Source: an uncultured delta proteobacterium (GTDB lineage: Bacteria > Desulfobacterota > Desulfomonilia > UBA1062). Taken from it: DNA of 64,000 nucleotides. This document shows positions 43,447 through 55,463 of the stretch, one piece after another. The notes beneath the pieces were generated by a model. The model was not told the DNA's origin and searched no databases. It was given only the letters and a program-made list of their open reading frames with translations. The stretch lies in assembly GCA_963785235.1 (NCBI GenBank), contig CAWAUM010000002.1, positions 192,001 through 256,000 on the forward strand, read 5' to 3'. Every line of letters begins with the position of its first letter. Positions within the stretch are counted from its first letter, which is position 1. Both the position numbers and the translations under genes were made by a program.

Positions 43447-46091
43447 AAAAGATGAGGATTTCTGAACTGGCAAAAGACCTTTCTCTAGAGGCGAAGGATT
43501 TACTTCGCATTGCCAAGGACTTGGCCATTTCGGTTGAAAACACGATGAGCATCCTCGATGTCCATGATATCGAAAGAATCAGGAAACGGATCGAGAAAGA
43601 CACCCAGAAACCGGAAGAACAAGACCTCCAGGATGTCTATGAAGAACAGAGGGTAAGCACTACCATTATCCGCCGCAGGGCCAAGCCGGCACCTGCGCCC
43701 GAGGCCCCGGCCCCGGAAGAGGTTCAGGCAAAGATTGAGATAAAGGCCGAAGAAGCGGTTGAACAGGATGCGGGTGAAAAGAAACCGCCTAAAAAGAAGG
43801 AACTGCCAAAAAAAGAGGGTGTGTTGAAAGAGGAGCCTCCTATTGAGGCAGCCAAAGAGGCGCTCTCCCTAAAAGGCGAAGGAAAGACCAAAGAAAAACC
43901 TGCCGCCCCTGTTCTTGAAGAGGCGAGTCTTGAGCAGGCAAAAGGACCGGCTGCGCCTGTGGCCGGCAGTGCAAATAGAGAGACTGCGCAGGCCCCTGCC
44001 GGTAGCCCCGTGATCCCCGGTGTGATCGTCAAACCACAGGAGATTGATAAGGAAGAAGAGAAAGAGGCCAAGAAAAAAGACAATAAGAAAAAGGGCAAAA
44101 AACCCCCCAAGGCCACAGAGGTCCAGGCGGAAGAGGAAGAAGCGGGCGTTGATAAGACCGGAGCCCGTGTTGCCGTATTGAAACCGAAGGTCGAGCCGGT
44201 CCCGGAGACGGAGGTCTACACGCAGACCGATCTGTATGGATCGGGGAGGACTTCCCAGGGCAAGAAGTTCAAGAAGAAAAAGGACAGGAGAGGGGCAGCA
44301 CAACTCCAGCCTTTCAAGAAGAAGAAGCTCAAGATAGTGGCCACTATAACTGTGGCAAACATTGCAAAGGAAATGGGGGTAAAGGCGTCCGAGGTCATCA
44401 AGGTGCTCATGGGGTTGGGGATTATGGCCAACCAGAACCAGTACATATCCCCCGAAGAGGCCACCTATGTGGCAACCGAACTGGGATTTGAGACAGAAGA
44501 GGCCCGCGACGAGATCCATGAGGAGTACTTCGCCGATGCTGCACATGAGCCCGAAAAGCTCGTTTCCAGACCCCCTGTGGTTACGGTCATGGGGCATGTC
44601 GACCATGGAAAGACATCCCTGCTTGACGCCATCAGATCAGAAAACGTCATCGACAGCGAATTCGGCGGTATTACCCAGCATATCGGGGCATACCAGGCAA
44701 AGTGTAAGGACAAGGTCATCACCTTTATCGACACGCCCGGCCATGAGGCCTTCACCTCCATGAGATCTCGAGGCGCCCAGGCCACGGACTTCGTGGTCCT
44801 GGTTGTTGCTGCGGACGATGGTGTTATGGACCAGACCAGAGAGGCTATAAACCACTCACGGGCAGCCAAGATCCCCATCATTGTTGCGGTAAACAAGATT
44901 GATAAACCCAATGCCAACCCGGCCAGGGTCCGTGAGCAGCTCTCCGAACTCGGGCTCGTTCCCGAAGACTGGGGTGGAGATACCATTTATGTTGACGTGT
45001 CGGCAAAGAAGCACACCGGCATAGATGACCTCCTGGAGATGATACTGCTTCAGGCAGAGGTAATGGATATCAAGGTCCAAATAGACGGCCCGGCCAAAGG
45101 TGTTGTGCTGGAATCCAAGCTTGACAAGAATAAAGGACCCATGTGCACCATGCTCATCCAGCAAGGGGAGTTAAAGAGAGGCGATATCTTCATTGTCGGG
45201 TCCAAATGGGGCAAGGCCAGGGCCATGTTTGACTTCAGGGGAGTTCCCATCGAGAGTGCAACCCCGGCCACACCGGTGGAGATCACAGGGCTTACCGAGC
45301 CGCCATCCGCCGGGGATACCATGTTCGTGGTTCCCAATGAGAAGAAGGCCAAGGAGATCATCGAGTACCTCCAGGATAAGGTGAACATATCCCGCCTCCA
45401 GGCCCCTGAGCAGAAGGCCTTAGTAACCCTGGAAGATCTGTATAACCAGGTGAAAGAAGGCAAGCTCAAAGAGCTCAACCTGATCATCAAGGGCGATGTG
45501 CACGGAACCGTAGAGGCCATCGTCAATGCGGTCAAGGGAATAGATACCGGTGAAGACGTGATGAGGATCAACGTGATCCATTCGGCCGTGGGGGGCATTA
45601 CGGAAAATGATGTGCTCCTCGCCTCAACAGCCTTTGCCATCATTGTCGGATTTAATGTGAGGCCAGAGCCCAAGGTGAGGGACCTGGCCAAGAAGAGTAA
45701 TATCGAGATAAAGCTCTATACCATTATCTATGATCTCCTCGAGGACATCAAACAGGCCCTGCGCGGTATGCTCGAACCGGTCTACAAGGAGGTCGTACAG
45801 GGCCGGGCCGAGGTGCGAGACGTGTTCAAGGTCCCCAAGGTGGGAGTCATCGCAGGATGTATGGTCACCGAGGGTTCCATGATCCGCGGGGCACAGGCGC
45901 GGTTGTTGCGTGACAATGTGGTAATCCACGAGGGCCGGATAGATTCACTGAGAAGGTTCAAAGACGATGCAAAGGAAGTGGTGTCGGGCTTTGAGTGCGG
46001 GATGAGTTTTGGGAACTACAACGACATCAAGGCTGGCGATGTCATAGAATCATTCACCAAGGAGAAAGTGGAGCGCCTCACCACGTGGTGA
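43443..46091 (+). CDS. infB: Translation initiation factor IF-2
   Basis: [38 protein letters not shown]. Confidence 0.99.
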   Translation: MKKMRISELAKDLSLEAKDLLRIAKDLAISVENTMSILDVHDIERIRKRIEKDTQKPEEQDLQDVYEEQRVSTTIIRRRAKPAPAPEAPAPEEVQAKIEIKAEEAVEQDAGEKKPPKKKELPKKEGVLKEEPPIEAAKEALSLKGEGKTKEKPAAPVLEEASLEQAKGPAAPVAGSANRETAQAPAGSPVIPGVIVKPQEIDKEEEKEAKKKDNKKKGKKPPKATEVQAEEEEAGVDKTGARVAVLKPKVEPVPETEVYTQTDLYGSGRTSQGKKFKKKKDRRGAAQLQPFKKKKLKIVATITVANIAKEMGVKASEVIKVLMGLGIMANQNQYISPEEATYVATELGFETEEARDEIHEEYFADAAHEPEKLVSRPPVVTVMGHVDHGKTSLLDAIRSENVIDSEFGGITQHIGAYQAKCKDKVITFIDTPGHEAFTSMRSRGAQATDFVVLVVAADDGVMDQTREAINHSRAAKIPIIVAVNKIDKPNANPARVREQLSELGLVPEDWGGDTIYVDVSAKKHTGIDDLLEMILLQAEVMDIKVQIDGPAKGVVLESKLDKNKGPMCTMLIQQGELKRGDIFIVGSKWGKARAMFDFRGVPIESATPATPVEITGLTEPPSAGDTMFVVPNEKKAKEIIEYLQDKVNISRLQAPEQKALVTLEDLYNQVKEGKLKELNLIIKGDVHGTVEAIVNAVKGIDTGEDVMRINVIHSAVGGITENDVLLASTAFAIIVGFNVRPEPKVRDLAKKSNIEIKLYTIIYDLLEDIKQALRGMLEPVYKEVVQGRAEVRDVFKVPKVGVIAGCMVTEGSMIRGAQARLLRDNVVIHEGRIDSLRRFKDDAKEVVSGFECGMSFGNYNDIKAGDVIESFTKEKVERLTTW

Positions 46092-46369
46092 TAGGTGCTT
46101 GCGAGCTGAGGCTCCGGATTATTGGGGCTAATTCTTTGAAAGAGAAGCGCAAGGTTTTGAAATCTATCAAAGATCGTCTGTCAAGGATGAACGTATCCGT
46201 AGCCGAGGTTGATGATAATGACAAATGGCAGGCCTCTACCCTAGGGATAACCCTTGTAAGCAATGAGGTGGCATTAATCAATTCCGTGATCGATAAGATA
46301 ATTACAGGCATTGAAGCAGGCGGCGAGGTGGAACTTCTCGCCAGCAGGATCGAGATCATACACATATGA
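46085..46369 (+). CDS. DUF503 (YlxP-like) protein
   Basis: GTG at 46085; SLKEKRKVLKS..NVSVAEV..D.WQ. Confidence 0.9.
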   Translation: MVIGACELRLRIIGANSLKEKRKVLKSIKDRLSRMNVSVAEVDDNDKWQASTLGITLVSNEVALINSVIDKIITGIEAGGEVELLASRIEIIHI

Positions 46370-46728
46370 AGATACTCAGCATACGTCAAGCCAGGGTGGG
46401 CGATCTCCTCAAGGAGACCATAGCCGTGCTCCTCTTAAGGAAGGTCAAGGATCCCAGGGTGGAAGGTATTACCATCACGGGTGTTGATGTGAGTATAGAT
46501 CTGAAAAATGCACGTATCTTTTTTTGTGTCTTTGACTCTTCGAGAAAAGATGGGGCGCTAGAAGGCCTCAAGAGCGCAACCGGATTTCTTCGGCGGGAGC
46601 TCAAGAAGGAACTGAGCTTGAGGGCCGTGCCTTCTCTGTTTTTTACCTATGATGAATCATTCGACTATGGCTCCAAGATAGATGGTATCCTTGAAAGCAT
46701 TGGGAAACATGACGACCAAGATAGCTGA
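46366..46728 (+). CDS. rbfA: Ribosome-binding factor A
   Basis: KDPRV, DLKNARIF, LRAVPSLFFTYD. Confidence 0.96.
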   Translation: MKILSIRQARVGDLLKETIAVLLLRKVKDPRVEGITITGVDVSIDLKNARIFFCVFDSSRKDGALEGLKSATGFLRRELKKELSLRAVPSLFFTYDESFDYGSKIDGILESIGKHDDQDS

Positions 46729-47629
46729 GATCATAAAGGCGCACCAGTCCTTTGAGGTCATCACACACAAGAGCCCGGATGAGGACGCTGTCGGGGCCTC
46801 CAGGGCCTTAGGCCTCGCCCTTGTTGCGCTCGGCAAATCGGTCTGCCTTGTTTATCCTACACCTGTACCTGATATTCTCGACTTCACCGATAAGCCTTTA
46901 GAGCAAGACCTCCTGGCAATCGAGATCACCTTTCTGGTGGATGTTTCGGATATGGCCATGCTTGCAAATACAAAACCACGGGGCAAGGTAGTGGTGATCG
47001 ATCACCACAGGACCACGAATAATATCGGCTATGCATCTTGGATAGATTCAGAAAAATCTTCAACATGCGAGATGATATATGATCTTCTGTTCATGATGAA
47101 TGTGACGATCACCCCTTTCATCGCCGCGAACCTCTATATGGGCATCTTCGCCGATACAGGGGGGTTCATGCATGCAAACACGAATGCGAGGGTATTCCAG
47201 ATTGCCCACGAGCTGGCCACTGCCGGCGCAGACCCGCACCGGATTGCCTATCAGATCAAAAAGAACAAGGCCCTTGCCTACTATAATATCCTGTGTGCGG
47301 TTATGAATCGCATGATTATTCGCGGCAGTATTTATGCCGGTTATGTGTCTTGTGAAGATATGAATAGATTCAACGCCAGGCAAGAGGATGCCTCCGGGAT
47401 CGTGGAAGAGATTGCCTCCATTGCAGGCTCGAAGCTCATTATTTTCCTGAAAGAGCAGTCCGAAGGAACGCTCAGTTGCTCCATCAGGAGCAAAATCCCG
47501 GATGCCGCACTGAAGACCGCCACTGCCTTCGGCGGAGGCGGTCATGGAATGGCGGCCGGATTCACCATAAAAGGAAGGCCGGATGTTCTCATCCATGAGA
47601 TCATCAAGGAAGGGCTCAAGTGGCTCTAG
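46709..47629 (+). CDS. DHH/DHHA1 oligoribonuclease/PAP phosphatase (NrnA-like)
   Basis: HKSPDEDAVG, IDHH, DTGGF, GGGGHGMAAG. Confidence 0.92.
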   Translation: MTTKIAEIIKAHQSFEVITHKSPDEDAVGASRALGLALVALGKSVCLVYPTPVPDILDFTDKPLEQDLLAIEITFLVDVSDMAMLANTKPRGKVVVIDHHRTTNNIGYASWIDSEKSSTCEMIYDLLFMMNVTITPFIAANLYMGIFADTGGFMHANTNARVFQIAHELATAGADPHRIAYQIKKNKALAYYNILCAVMNRMIIRGSIYAGYVSCEDMNRFNARQEDASGIVEEIASIAGSKLIIFLKEQSEGTLSCSIRSKIPDAALKTATAFGGGGHGMAAGFTIKGRPDVLIHEIIKEGLKWL

Positions 47630-48513
47630 ACGGCATCGTACTCATCGATAAACCCAAGGACATCACCTCGCGTAAGGCTGTTGATAAGGTGATGGGTATC
47701 TTAAAGGTGAAGAGGGCCGGTCACTTCGGCTCGCTGGATCCCTTTGCCACCGGCCTGCTTTGCATAGGCATAGGCCAGGGTACGAAGCTGCTGCCTTATA
47801 TGCAGACGAATGAAAAGGAATATATTGCACTCATCGGATTTGAGATGGCCACTGATACGGATGACATAACCGGCAAGATGACACGGAGATTCGAAAATGT
47901 TAAAATCGACGAGAACAAGCTGAAGACGTGGTTTGAGGAAAACATGGGGTGGATCAATCAGCTTCCCCCCGATTATTGCGCCCAGAAGTTGAACGGTCAA
48001 CCCCTGTATAAGCTCAAAAGGGCCAATAAGGAAGTTAATCCAAGACCCAAGCAGGTTCACCTTGAAGCCGCCGAGATCCTTGAGGTCGGCCCTGACTGGG
48101 CACGCGTCCGCATCGTATGTTCAAGGGGCACCTACATACGATCAATAGCCAGGGACCTTGGTGCATATCTCGGGTGCGGAGGCTACCTCAGGGAGCTCAG
48201 GAGGCTCCGCAGCGAGGGATTCAACCTTGAGCAGTCAAACTCATTGGACGGGCTTTCACAGCATGGGGAGCAGGCAGTCATATCGCTCTTGGACGCACTG
48301 ACCATCCCAAAGGCACGCGTTACAAAAATTGGAGAGCAAGGAGTAAGGGAAGGCCGGTCCATCCAGCTTTCCTGGGTTCTTGATGATGTGGCGGCGCCCC
48401 AGGACGAAAGCGTTGCGATCTTGAATATGCAGGGTAACCTCATCTGCATAGCGAGGGTGAACCGGGATGGAGGCATCTGGGGACATATCACCAGAGGCTT
48501 CAAGACTTATTAG
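47620..48513 (+). CDS. truB: tRNA pseudouridine(55) synthase
   Basis: DKP, AGHFGSLDPFATG, CSRGTYIRS. Confidence 0.96.
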   Translation: MALDGIVLIDKPKDITSRKAVDKVMGILKVKRAGHFGSLDPFATGLLCIGIGQGTKLLPYMQTNEKEYIALIGFEMATDTDDITGKMTRRFENVKIDENKLKTWFEENMGWINQLPPDYCAQKLNGQPLYKLKRANKEVNPRPKQVHLEAAEILEVGPDWARVRIVCSRGTYIRSIARDLGAYLGCGGYLRELRRLRSEGFNLEQSNSLDGLSQHGEQAVISLLDALTIPKARVTKIGEQGVREGRSIQLSWVLDDVAAPQDESVAILNMQGNLICIARVNRDGGIWGHITRGFKTY

Positions 48514-48632
48514 CTGTTTACAGCAGAAATTAAGGTGTGGTAAGCTCCTGGTCTCTTTTTGACAGGAAACGTGTTAAGCGTCTTAAGAAAGAGAAAAAAA
48601 TAGTATGCATATATACGCAGGAGGATTACGAA

Positions 48633-48902
48633 GTGGCGTTGCAAGCACAGGAAAAAAAACAGATCATCGATCAGTTCAAAAAACATGAGAATGATACCGG
48701 TTCCCCTGATGTCCAAGTGGCGATACTCACCAAGAGGATCAACGAGCTGACAGAGCATTTTAAGGTTCACAAAAAGGATCATCATTCCCGCCGTGGACTT
48801 CTCATGCTCGTTGGGCAGAGGCGAAGGCTTTTAAACTACTTGCGTGATCATGACGTCAAACGCTACCGCGAACTTGTTCAGACACTGAACCTGCGGAAAT
48901 AA
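48633..48902 (+). CDS. rpsO: 30S ribosomal protein S15
   Basis: GTG at 48633 after AGGAGG; [20 protein letters not shown]. Confidence 0.98.
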   Translation: MALQAQEKKQIIDQFKKHENDTGSPDVQVAILTKRINELTEHFKVHKKDHHSRRGLLMLVGQRRRLLNYLRDHDVKRYRELVQTLNLRK

Positions 48903-48926
48903 TGATATGAGGAAGTCAGAGGTAAT

Positions 48927-51014
48927 ATGAAAATACAAGCAAAAGGAACAACGGTTCCTCTTATTTTTGAGGTTGGGACAGTAGCCCGCCAGGCAGATGG
49001 CGCAGTCCTTATGCACCAGGGTGACAGTGTGGTTCTCGTAACAGCTACTTCTGCAAAAGAAGAACGAAAAGGCATAGATTTTCTTCCGCTCACGGTCGAA
49101 TATCAGGAGATGAGCTACGCCGCCGGCAGGATTAAAGGCGGCTTTATCAAGCGGGACGGCAGGCCTGGAACCCAGGAGATATTGACGGCGCGGTGCATTG
49201 ACAGACCTATCCGCCCACTATTCCCCTCCACCTTTCATAACGAGATACAGATCATTGCCATGGTCCTTTCCGCTGACCCGGCATGTACTCCTGATGTGAT
49301 GGCGATTAATGGAGCTTCCGCAGCGTTGCACATATCAAGCATACCCTTTTTAGAGCCTGTGGGAGGAGCCCGAGTTGGCCTGATCAACGGCGAATTCATC
49401 ATTGACCCCTCTGTTGCGCAGCTGGAAACCAGCACTTTGGATCTTCTGGTTGTCGGCACAAGGAACGCCATCGTCATGGTGGAGGGTGAGGCCGGCGAAC
49501 TTTCTGAAAGTACGATCATTGATGCGATCTCCTTTGCCCACAAGAGAATCATTGAGGTCGTGGAGGCAATCGAAGAGCTCCGCAGTGCCGTAGGCAAGGA
49601 AAAGATGAAGATTGTATCCCCGCAGGAGGACCTGGCCCTCTTTGATGAGATCATGAAGATGGCGGCCCCCCGATTCGAACAGATTTTTGCTGGGATTAAC
49701 TCAAAACAGGGCCGTCAGGCACTGATAGAACAGGTGAAAGAGGACATATTAACGAGCTTTGCCGATGACACAGAAGAGCGGCAGGCCTATGTCAAGGCAG
49801 CCTTTTCCGAGGTGGAGAAAAAGACCATCCGTGCCTTGATGAAGGCAAAGCGCACACGTATCGACGGCAGGGGGTTCGATGACATCCGCACCATCGACTG
49901 TCAAGTAGGAATCCTTCCTCGCACACACGGCTCTGCACTTTTCACCCGCGGAGAAACCCAGGCTCTGGCTACAACGACACTGGGCACACCAAGGGACGAG
50001 CAGAGAGTGGAGACACTGCTGGGAGAGACCACAAAATCCTTTATGCTCCACTACTCCTTCCCGCCGTTTTCCGTTGGTGAGGTGAAAATGCTCAGGGGAC
50101 CCAGCAGACGGGAGATCGGCCATGGCAACCTGGCCGAGAGGGCCTTGAGCAAGATCCTTCCTGATGTAGCGTCCTTCCCCTATACCATACGGCTCGTATC
50201 AGAGATCCTCGAATCCAATGGGTCGTCCTCAATGGCAACGGTCTGTGGTGGCTCCATGTCGCTGATGGATGCCGGTGTACCGGTGAAAAAGCCTGTTGCC
50301 GGAATTGCCATGGGGCTTCTGAAAGAGGGTGACGATTATATGGTCCTCTCAGATATCTTGGGCGATGAAGATCACATCGGCGATATGGACTTCAAGGTCG
50401 CCGGAACCACCGATGGCGTCACTGCCTTGCAGATGGACATTAAGATATCAGGCCTCCCTGAGACGGTGTTGCGGGATGCCTTGGAAAAGGCGCGCATCGG
50501 AAGACTCTCTATCCTGGAGAAAATGGCCAAAGCCATAAACGAACCAAAGGCGCTCATATCCCCGTATGCTCCAAGGATCTATACATTGCAGATCAATCCG
50601 GATAAGATCCGCGATGTCATCGGCCCAGGCGGTAAGGTAATCAAGGACATTACGGCCAAAACCGACACCAAGATCGAGATCGATGATTCCGGCAGGATTG
50701 ATATCTTCTCTGCGGATGAAGAACACGCAAAGATGGCCGTGGACATGATCCAGACACTCACCAAGGAGATGGAGATCGGCCGTGTATATAGCGGAAAGGT
50801 TGCCAAGATAATGGATTTCGGGGCATTTGTCGACTTCCCCTCCGGAGAGTCCGGACTTGTCCATATCTCTCAACTCGCCAATGAACGGGTGAATAATGTA
50901 CGTGATGTAGTCAAGGAGGGAGATGACATTCTTGTTAAGGTCATCGGTATTGACTCAAAAACAGGGAAAATCCGCCTTTCACGCAAGGAAGCCCTGAGCG
51001 AAATCAGCAGCTGA
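48927..51014 (+). CDS. pnp: Polyribonucleotide nucleotidyltransferase
   Basis: DRPIRPLF, RREIGHG, SNGSSSMA, GDMDFKVAG, KH and S1 domains. Confidence 0.98.
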   Translation: MKIQAKGTTVPLIFEVGTVARQADGAVLMHQGDSVVLVTATSAKEERKGIDFLPLTVEYQEMSYAAGRIKGGFIKRDGRPGTQEILTARCIDRPIRPLFPSTFHNEIQIIAMVLSADPACTPDVMAINGASAALHISSIPFLEPVGGARVGLINGEFIIDPSVAQLETSTLDLLVVGTRNAIVMVEGEAGELSESTIIDAISFAHKRIIEVVEAIEELRSAVGKEKMKIVSPQEDLALFDEIMKMAAPRFEQIFAGINSKQGRQALIEQVKEDILTSFADDTEERQAYVKAAFSEVEKKTIRALMKAKRTRIDGRGFDDIRTIDCQVGILPRTHGSALFTRGETQALATTTLGTPRDEQRVETLLGETTKSFMLHYSFPPFSVGEVKMLRGPSRREIGHGNLAERALSKILPDVASFPYTIRLVSEILESNGSSSMATVCGGSMSLMDAGVPVKKPVAGIAMGLLKEGDDYMVLSDILGDEDHIGDMDFKVAGTTDGVTALQMDIKISGLPETVLRDALEKARIGRLSILEKMAKAINEPKALISPYAPRIYTLQINPDKIRDVIGPGGKVIKDITAKTDTKIEIDDSGRIDIFSADEEHAKMAVDMIQTLTKEMEIGRVYSGKVAKIMDFGAFVDFPSGESGLVHISQLANERVNNVRDVVKEGDDILVKVIGIDSKTGKIRLSRKEALSEISS

Positions 51015-51020
51015 CATAGG

Positions 51021-52278
51021 ATGATCACGTCCACACTCCTTCCCAACGGGGTCAGGATTCTGACCGAGCATATGCCGGGCATACGATCGGTTTCCTTGGG
51101 GGTATGGGTAAATGCCGGCTCCCGCAACGATCCTCCAAAGGATCGAGGTATAGCGCATTTCACAGAGCATATGCTGTTTAAAGGGACGCCTCGTCGGACT
51201 GCCCAGCAGATTGCCAAGGAGATTGATGCGCTGGGCGGTCATCTGAACGCCCAGACCTCGAAAGAATATACCATCTACTATACAAAGGTGCTGGACGAGC
51301 ATCTCTTCAAGGCTGCCGACATTGTCTTTGATCTCTTTCTCAATGCAGAGATCAACCCCGATGAACTGGAAAAGGAAAAAAAGGTCGTTCTCCAGGAAAT
51401 CAGGATGACCGAAGATACCCCGGACGATTACATAACCGATCTCTTTGCCGAAGCCTTTTTCCGCAATACAACACTGGGGATCTCGACCCTTGGGACAGTT
51501 GAGCACGTCGGGTCTTTCGGCAGACAGAGCATCATCGATTTTATAAACACCTCATACTCCCCTGATTCCATCATTGTAGCCGGGGCGGGAAACCTGGACC
51601 ACCAGGAATTGGTGGATTTCACCACGCCGCTATTCCAAGGGATGAAACCAAGGCAAGGCCGTTACGATGAACAGATTCCTTCATCGCTGAGTGGTGTGAA
51701 AAAGGTGTATTACAAGGACATCGAGCAGGTCCATTTCACCTTAGGGACCACCGGGTCTGCAATGAATGATGAACGTCGGTGGGCCTATATCGTCCTCAAC
51801 ACCATGCTCGGGGGAAGCATGAGCTCCATGCTCTTTCAGGAGGCCAGGGAAGAACTGGGCCTCGTATATTCCATCTATTCATTTCTCAATGCCTACCGTG
51901 ACAGCGGTGCCTTGGCGATCTATGCCGCGTGTACTCCCGAGAACGTGAACAAGACACTGGAAGTGATCAGCATACAGATGAAAAGGCTGAAGGCCGGCGA
52001 CCTCAAGGACATAAAGATTGAGGATATCAAGGCCCAGATCAAGGGCAATTTGCTCCTGTCCAGAGAGAGCTCGGTGAACAGGATGTCGTCCATGGCAAAG
52101 AACGAGACTATACTATGGACGGGAAGTAACCGTTGAAGAGGTTGTGGAAAAGCTTCAGGCGGTATGTCTCGATGAGATCGTTTCTTTGGCCAATGATATA
52201 TTTGTTGAGGACAAGATCACGTTTGTATCTTTGGGCAGAATCGAACAGGGCGAAATTCAGTGGATCCCTGTTTCGTAA
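51021..52278 (+). CDS. M16 (pitrilysin) family peptidase (frameshifted near 52110)
   Basis: HFTEH (HxxEH); C-terminus LYYGREVTVEEVVEK..WIPVS* continues in another frame to TAA at 52278. Confidence 0.9.
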
Positions 52279-52295
52279 GAAGTATTACACCTGGA

Positions 52296-52652
52296 TTACA
52301 CGGGTGCAGTTCTGGCTGAAGGATGCATCAAACCCCTGCTCGTTGCCGCAAGGACCTTACGCCAAACCGGGAGATCCTTCGGGGTTATAGCAATACCGAT
52401 GCGGTAGGTCGATTCTTCAATGGTGTACCAGGCCAGAGATCCTTCCACGAGCATATTGTTAACGCTGATGGTGATTGATTTATTAAGCATGTCCATAAGA
52501 CTCTGCTGAATGCGGCATGTGGGGATGGTGCAGGTCATGTCGGCGCGCGAGACCTCATCTATGGAGCATTGTACATATACTTCTCCGATCTTACAGCCGG
52601 CAGTCATGGATTCAATTTGATAACCTTTTGTATGCCATCCGAAGAGATTCAT
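52296..52652 (-). CDS. Hypothetical protein (possibly degenerate PilZ-like)
   Basis: 118 aa ORF with RBS AAGGA filling the gap; beta-rich, ..GSLAW...YRIGI. Confidence 0.55.
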   Translation of the reverse strand: MNLFGWHTKGYQIESMTAGCKIGEVYVQCSIDEVSRADMTCTIPTCRIQQSLMDMLNKSITISVNNMLVEGSLAWYTIEESTYRIGIAITPKDLPVWRKVLAATSRGLMHPSARTAPV

Positions 52653-52711
52653 CTTAATCCTTGCCTCTTTTGTATATTCTTATATATCCTTCGGCAGGAA
52701 GTGTTCCTACC

Positions 52712-53446
52712 ATGAGAAATATCAAATGTGTAATCGCATATGATGGTGCGGCATTTATGGGTTGGCAAAGCCAGGAACGGGGCAGGACCGTTCAGGAGAC
52801 CATAGAAGGCGGCCTCCAGGTGGTCCTGGGCCATCAGGTACGGGTAATAGCCTCGGGCCGTACCGATTCTGGCGTCCATGCCTTTGCCCAGGTGATCAAC
52901 TTCCCGACTGAATCCACAATCCCCATAGATGGTCTCATCCGGGGCCTCAACACTATCCTCCCCGGAGATGTTGCATTCCTTTCCGCAGAGGATGCGCCTC
53001 TGGAGTTTAACGCCAGGCAGATGGCCAAGACCAAGACGTATGTCTATGTCATGGAGATCTCGCCCATCAGGAACCCTTTCCTGGCGCGGTACGCCTTGCA
53101 CGAGAAGGGACCGCTCGATTGTTGTTCCATGCAGGAAGCAGCCAGCTATCTTCTCGGAGAACATGATTTTACATCCTTCCAGGGGGCAGGATCTCCTGTA
53201 AGGACAACTATTCGCTGCATCACCACATCTGAAGTGTTACAAAAGGGAAACAAGGTGTTCTTCCGCATGCAAGGTAGCGGATTTTTACGCCATATGGTAA
53301 GAAACATTGTCGGTACATTACTTCAGGTGGGCAAGGGAAAGCGTGCTCCAACAGACATGCAGCGGATCATGGAGCTGAAGGATAGGAGTTTTGCCGGGCC
53401 TACAGCACCGCCCCAGGGCCTCTACCTTGTGGGTGTTGAATACTAA
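52712..53446 (+). CDS. truA: tRNA pseudouridine(38-40) synthase
   Basis: YDGAAFMGWQ, GRTDSGVHA, GEHDFTSF, FLRHMVR, TAPPQGL. Confidence 0.97.
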   Translation: MRNIKCVIAYDGAAFMGWQSQERGRTVQETIEGGLQVVLGHQVRVIASGRTDSGVHAFAQVINFPTESTIPIDGLIRGLNTILPGDVAFLSAEDAPLEFNARQMAKTKTYVYVMEISPIRNPFLARYALHEKGPLDCCSMQEAASYLLGEHDFTSFQGAGSPVRTTIRCITTSEVLQKGNKVFFRMQGSGFLRHMVRNIVGTLLQVGKGKRAPTDMQRIMELKDRSFAGPTAPPQGLYLVGVEY

Positions 53447-53460
53447 AAGGGAGTGACAGA

Positions 53461-54480
53461 ATGATGAAGGTCCTCATAACGGGCGGCTGCGGTTTCATTG
53501 GGACAAACCTTATCAGGTATATCTTGAATAACAGGCCTGACTGGCAGGTTACGAACCTTGACCTGTTGACCTATGCGGGTAACCTGGAAAATACGCATGG
53601 CCTCACAAAGGACTTTCCATCAAGATATTCCTTTGTGAGGGGGGACATTGCGGAAACAGGTTTTGTGGAGGAGCTCTTTGCCCAGAACAGATTCGACCTG
53701 GTGCTGAATCTTGCTGCCGAGAGCCATGTGGACAGGAGCATCGAAGGGGCCGGGGTATTCGTTAGGACCAATGTGGTGGGGGTGCAGGTTTTACTCGATG
53801 CCTCCCTTAAGCACAAGGTGAAGCGATTTTTACAGGTATCAACCGATGAGGTCTATGGGAGCCTAGGCAACCAGGGGAGCTTCCATGAAGATCTTCCCAT
53901 GGCGCCCAACAGCCCCTATTCGGCATCTAAGGCAGCCGCAGACCTCCTGGTGAGGGCTTACATCAAGACCCATGGTATGGATGCGGTAATCACCCGGTGC
54001 TCCAACAACTATGGGCCCTACCAATTCCCTGAAAAGCTCATTCCTCTGATGGTAGTAAATGCGCTGAATAATAAAGAACTGCCCGTCTATGGAGATGGCA
54101 AGAATGTAAGGGATTGGATCTATGTGGAGGATCACTGCAAGGGTATCGTCACTGTAGCGGAAAAAGGGATAACCGGAGAGGCCTATAATCTCGGCGGAGG
54201 CGCGGAGAAGGAAAATATTGAGATCGTGGGCACGATCTTAAAGCATCTCGGCAAGCCCCAGTCGCTTATCCGGTTTGTGAAAGACAGGCCAGGTCATGAC
54301 TTCAGGTATTCCATGGACTATTCAAAAATAACCCGTGAACTTGGTTGGAAACCTTCCATGGATTTCGTCGACGGTATTTCGTCCACCATTGAGTGGTATC
54401 TTGCCAACAGGCCATGGTGGGAACGGATCATCTCCGGAGATTACCAGGGGTATTACGAAAGGATGTACGACAACCGATGA
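53461..54480 (+). CDS. rfbB: dTDP-glucose 4,6-dehydratase
   Basis: TGGCGFIG, AAESHVDRS, STDEVYG, YSASK, DRPGHD. Confidence 0.97.
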   Translation: MMKVLITGGCGFIGTNLIRYILNNRPDWQVTNLDLLTYAGNLENTHGLTKDFPSRYSFVRGDIAETGFVEELFAQNRFDLVLNLAAESHVDRSIEGAGVFVRTNVVGVQVLLDASLKHKVKRFLQVSTDEVYGSLGNQGSFHEDLPMAPNSPYSASKAAADLLVRAYIKTHGMDAVITRCSNNYGPYQFPEKLIPLMVVNALNNKELPVYGDGKNVRDWIYVEDHCKGIVTVAEKGITGEAYNLGGGAEKENIEIVGTILKHLGKPQSLIRFVKDRPGHDFRYSMDYSKITRELGWKPSMDFVDGISSTIEWYLANRPWWERIISGDYQGYYERMYDNR

Positions 54481-55352
54481 GGGTGCTTGTAACCGGGGCC
54501 AGAGGCATGTTGGGGCACGAGGTCGTAAAGACCTTGGAGATGGGAGGCCATGAGGTCTGGGGCACCGATATTTCTTCAAAGGATGACAGGCTCGACATCA
54601 CAAAGCAGAATCAGCTCAGGTATGCACTTGCTTCATTCAGGCCGTCATGGGTTGTCAACTGCGCAGCATACACCAATGTTGATATGGCCGAAGAGCACGA
54701 GGATCAGGCCCTTCTCCTCAATGCAAAAGGCCCTGACTTTCTGGCGCAGTCCTGCAGAAAACGCGGCGTTAGACTTCTCCATATCAGCACCGATTATGTT
54801 TTCGATGGGACAAAGGGTAAGCCGTATATCGAAGAGGACACCACGAATCCGATAAATGTCTATGGTGTAAGCAAGCTTGCAGGAGAAAACGCCATCAGGC
54901 ATCAGATGGAGGACTATGTAATCATCCGGACACAGTGGCTCATTGGCCACAGTGGGAGAAACTTCGTTTCAACGATTCTCTCTGCCGCCCAGATCAATGA
55001 GAGTCTGCGTGTCGTGAATGACCAGTGGGGTTCTCCTACCTTTGCACCTGATCTGGCAAAGGCTATTATGCAGCTCATGGAGGCGGATGCGCGCGGGATA
55101 TATCATGTGTGCAACCGGGGCAAGGCAACCTGGTTCGATCTTGCAAAGAAGGCCATCGAGATTGTCGGACTGGGGACTCAGGTGATACCGATAAGCACGG
55201 AAGAATATCCACTACCCGCAAAGAGGCCTCCGTATTCAATCCTTTCAACAAAGAAGTTTACAACAAAAACCGGCAAGCTCATGCCCATCTGGCAGTCATC
55301 CTTGGAGAACTATGTCCATGATTTTCTGCAGCACGTGAAAGGCACGGCATAA
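54477..55352 (+). CDS. rfbD: dTDP-4-dehydrorhamnose reductase
   Basis: ATG at 54477; TGARGMLG, AAYTNVD, STDYVFDG, YGVSKLAGE, DQWGSPT. Confidence 0.95.
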   Translation: MRVLVTGARGMLGHEVVKTLEMGGHEVWGTDISSKDDRLDITKQNQLRYALASFRPSWVVNCAAYTNVDMAEEHEDQALLLNAKGPDFLAQSCRKRGVRLLHISTDYVFDGTKGKPYIEEDTTNPINVYGVSKLAGENAIRHQMEDYVIIRTQWLIGHSGRNFVSTILSAAQINESLRVVNDQWGSPTFAPDLAKAIMQLMEADARGIYHVCNRGKATWFDLAKKAIEIVGLGTQVIPISTEEYPLPAKRPPYSILSTKKFTTKTGKLMPIWQSSLENYVHDFLQHVKGTA

Positions 55353-55463
55353 AGGGTTGATGAGAATCGTCTTTAGGAAAAAATACATTTCTGTTAAACA
55401 GTGCAATGAATACGGAGAAACACACTAAAGAGGGCGGCAGGGTTTTAGCTAAGGAGGCGGCAA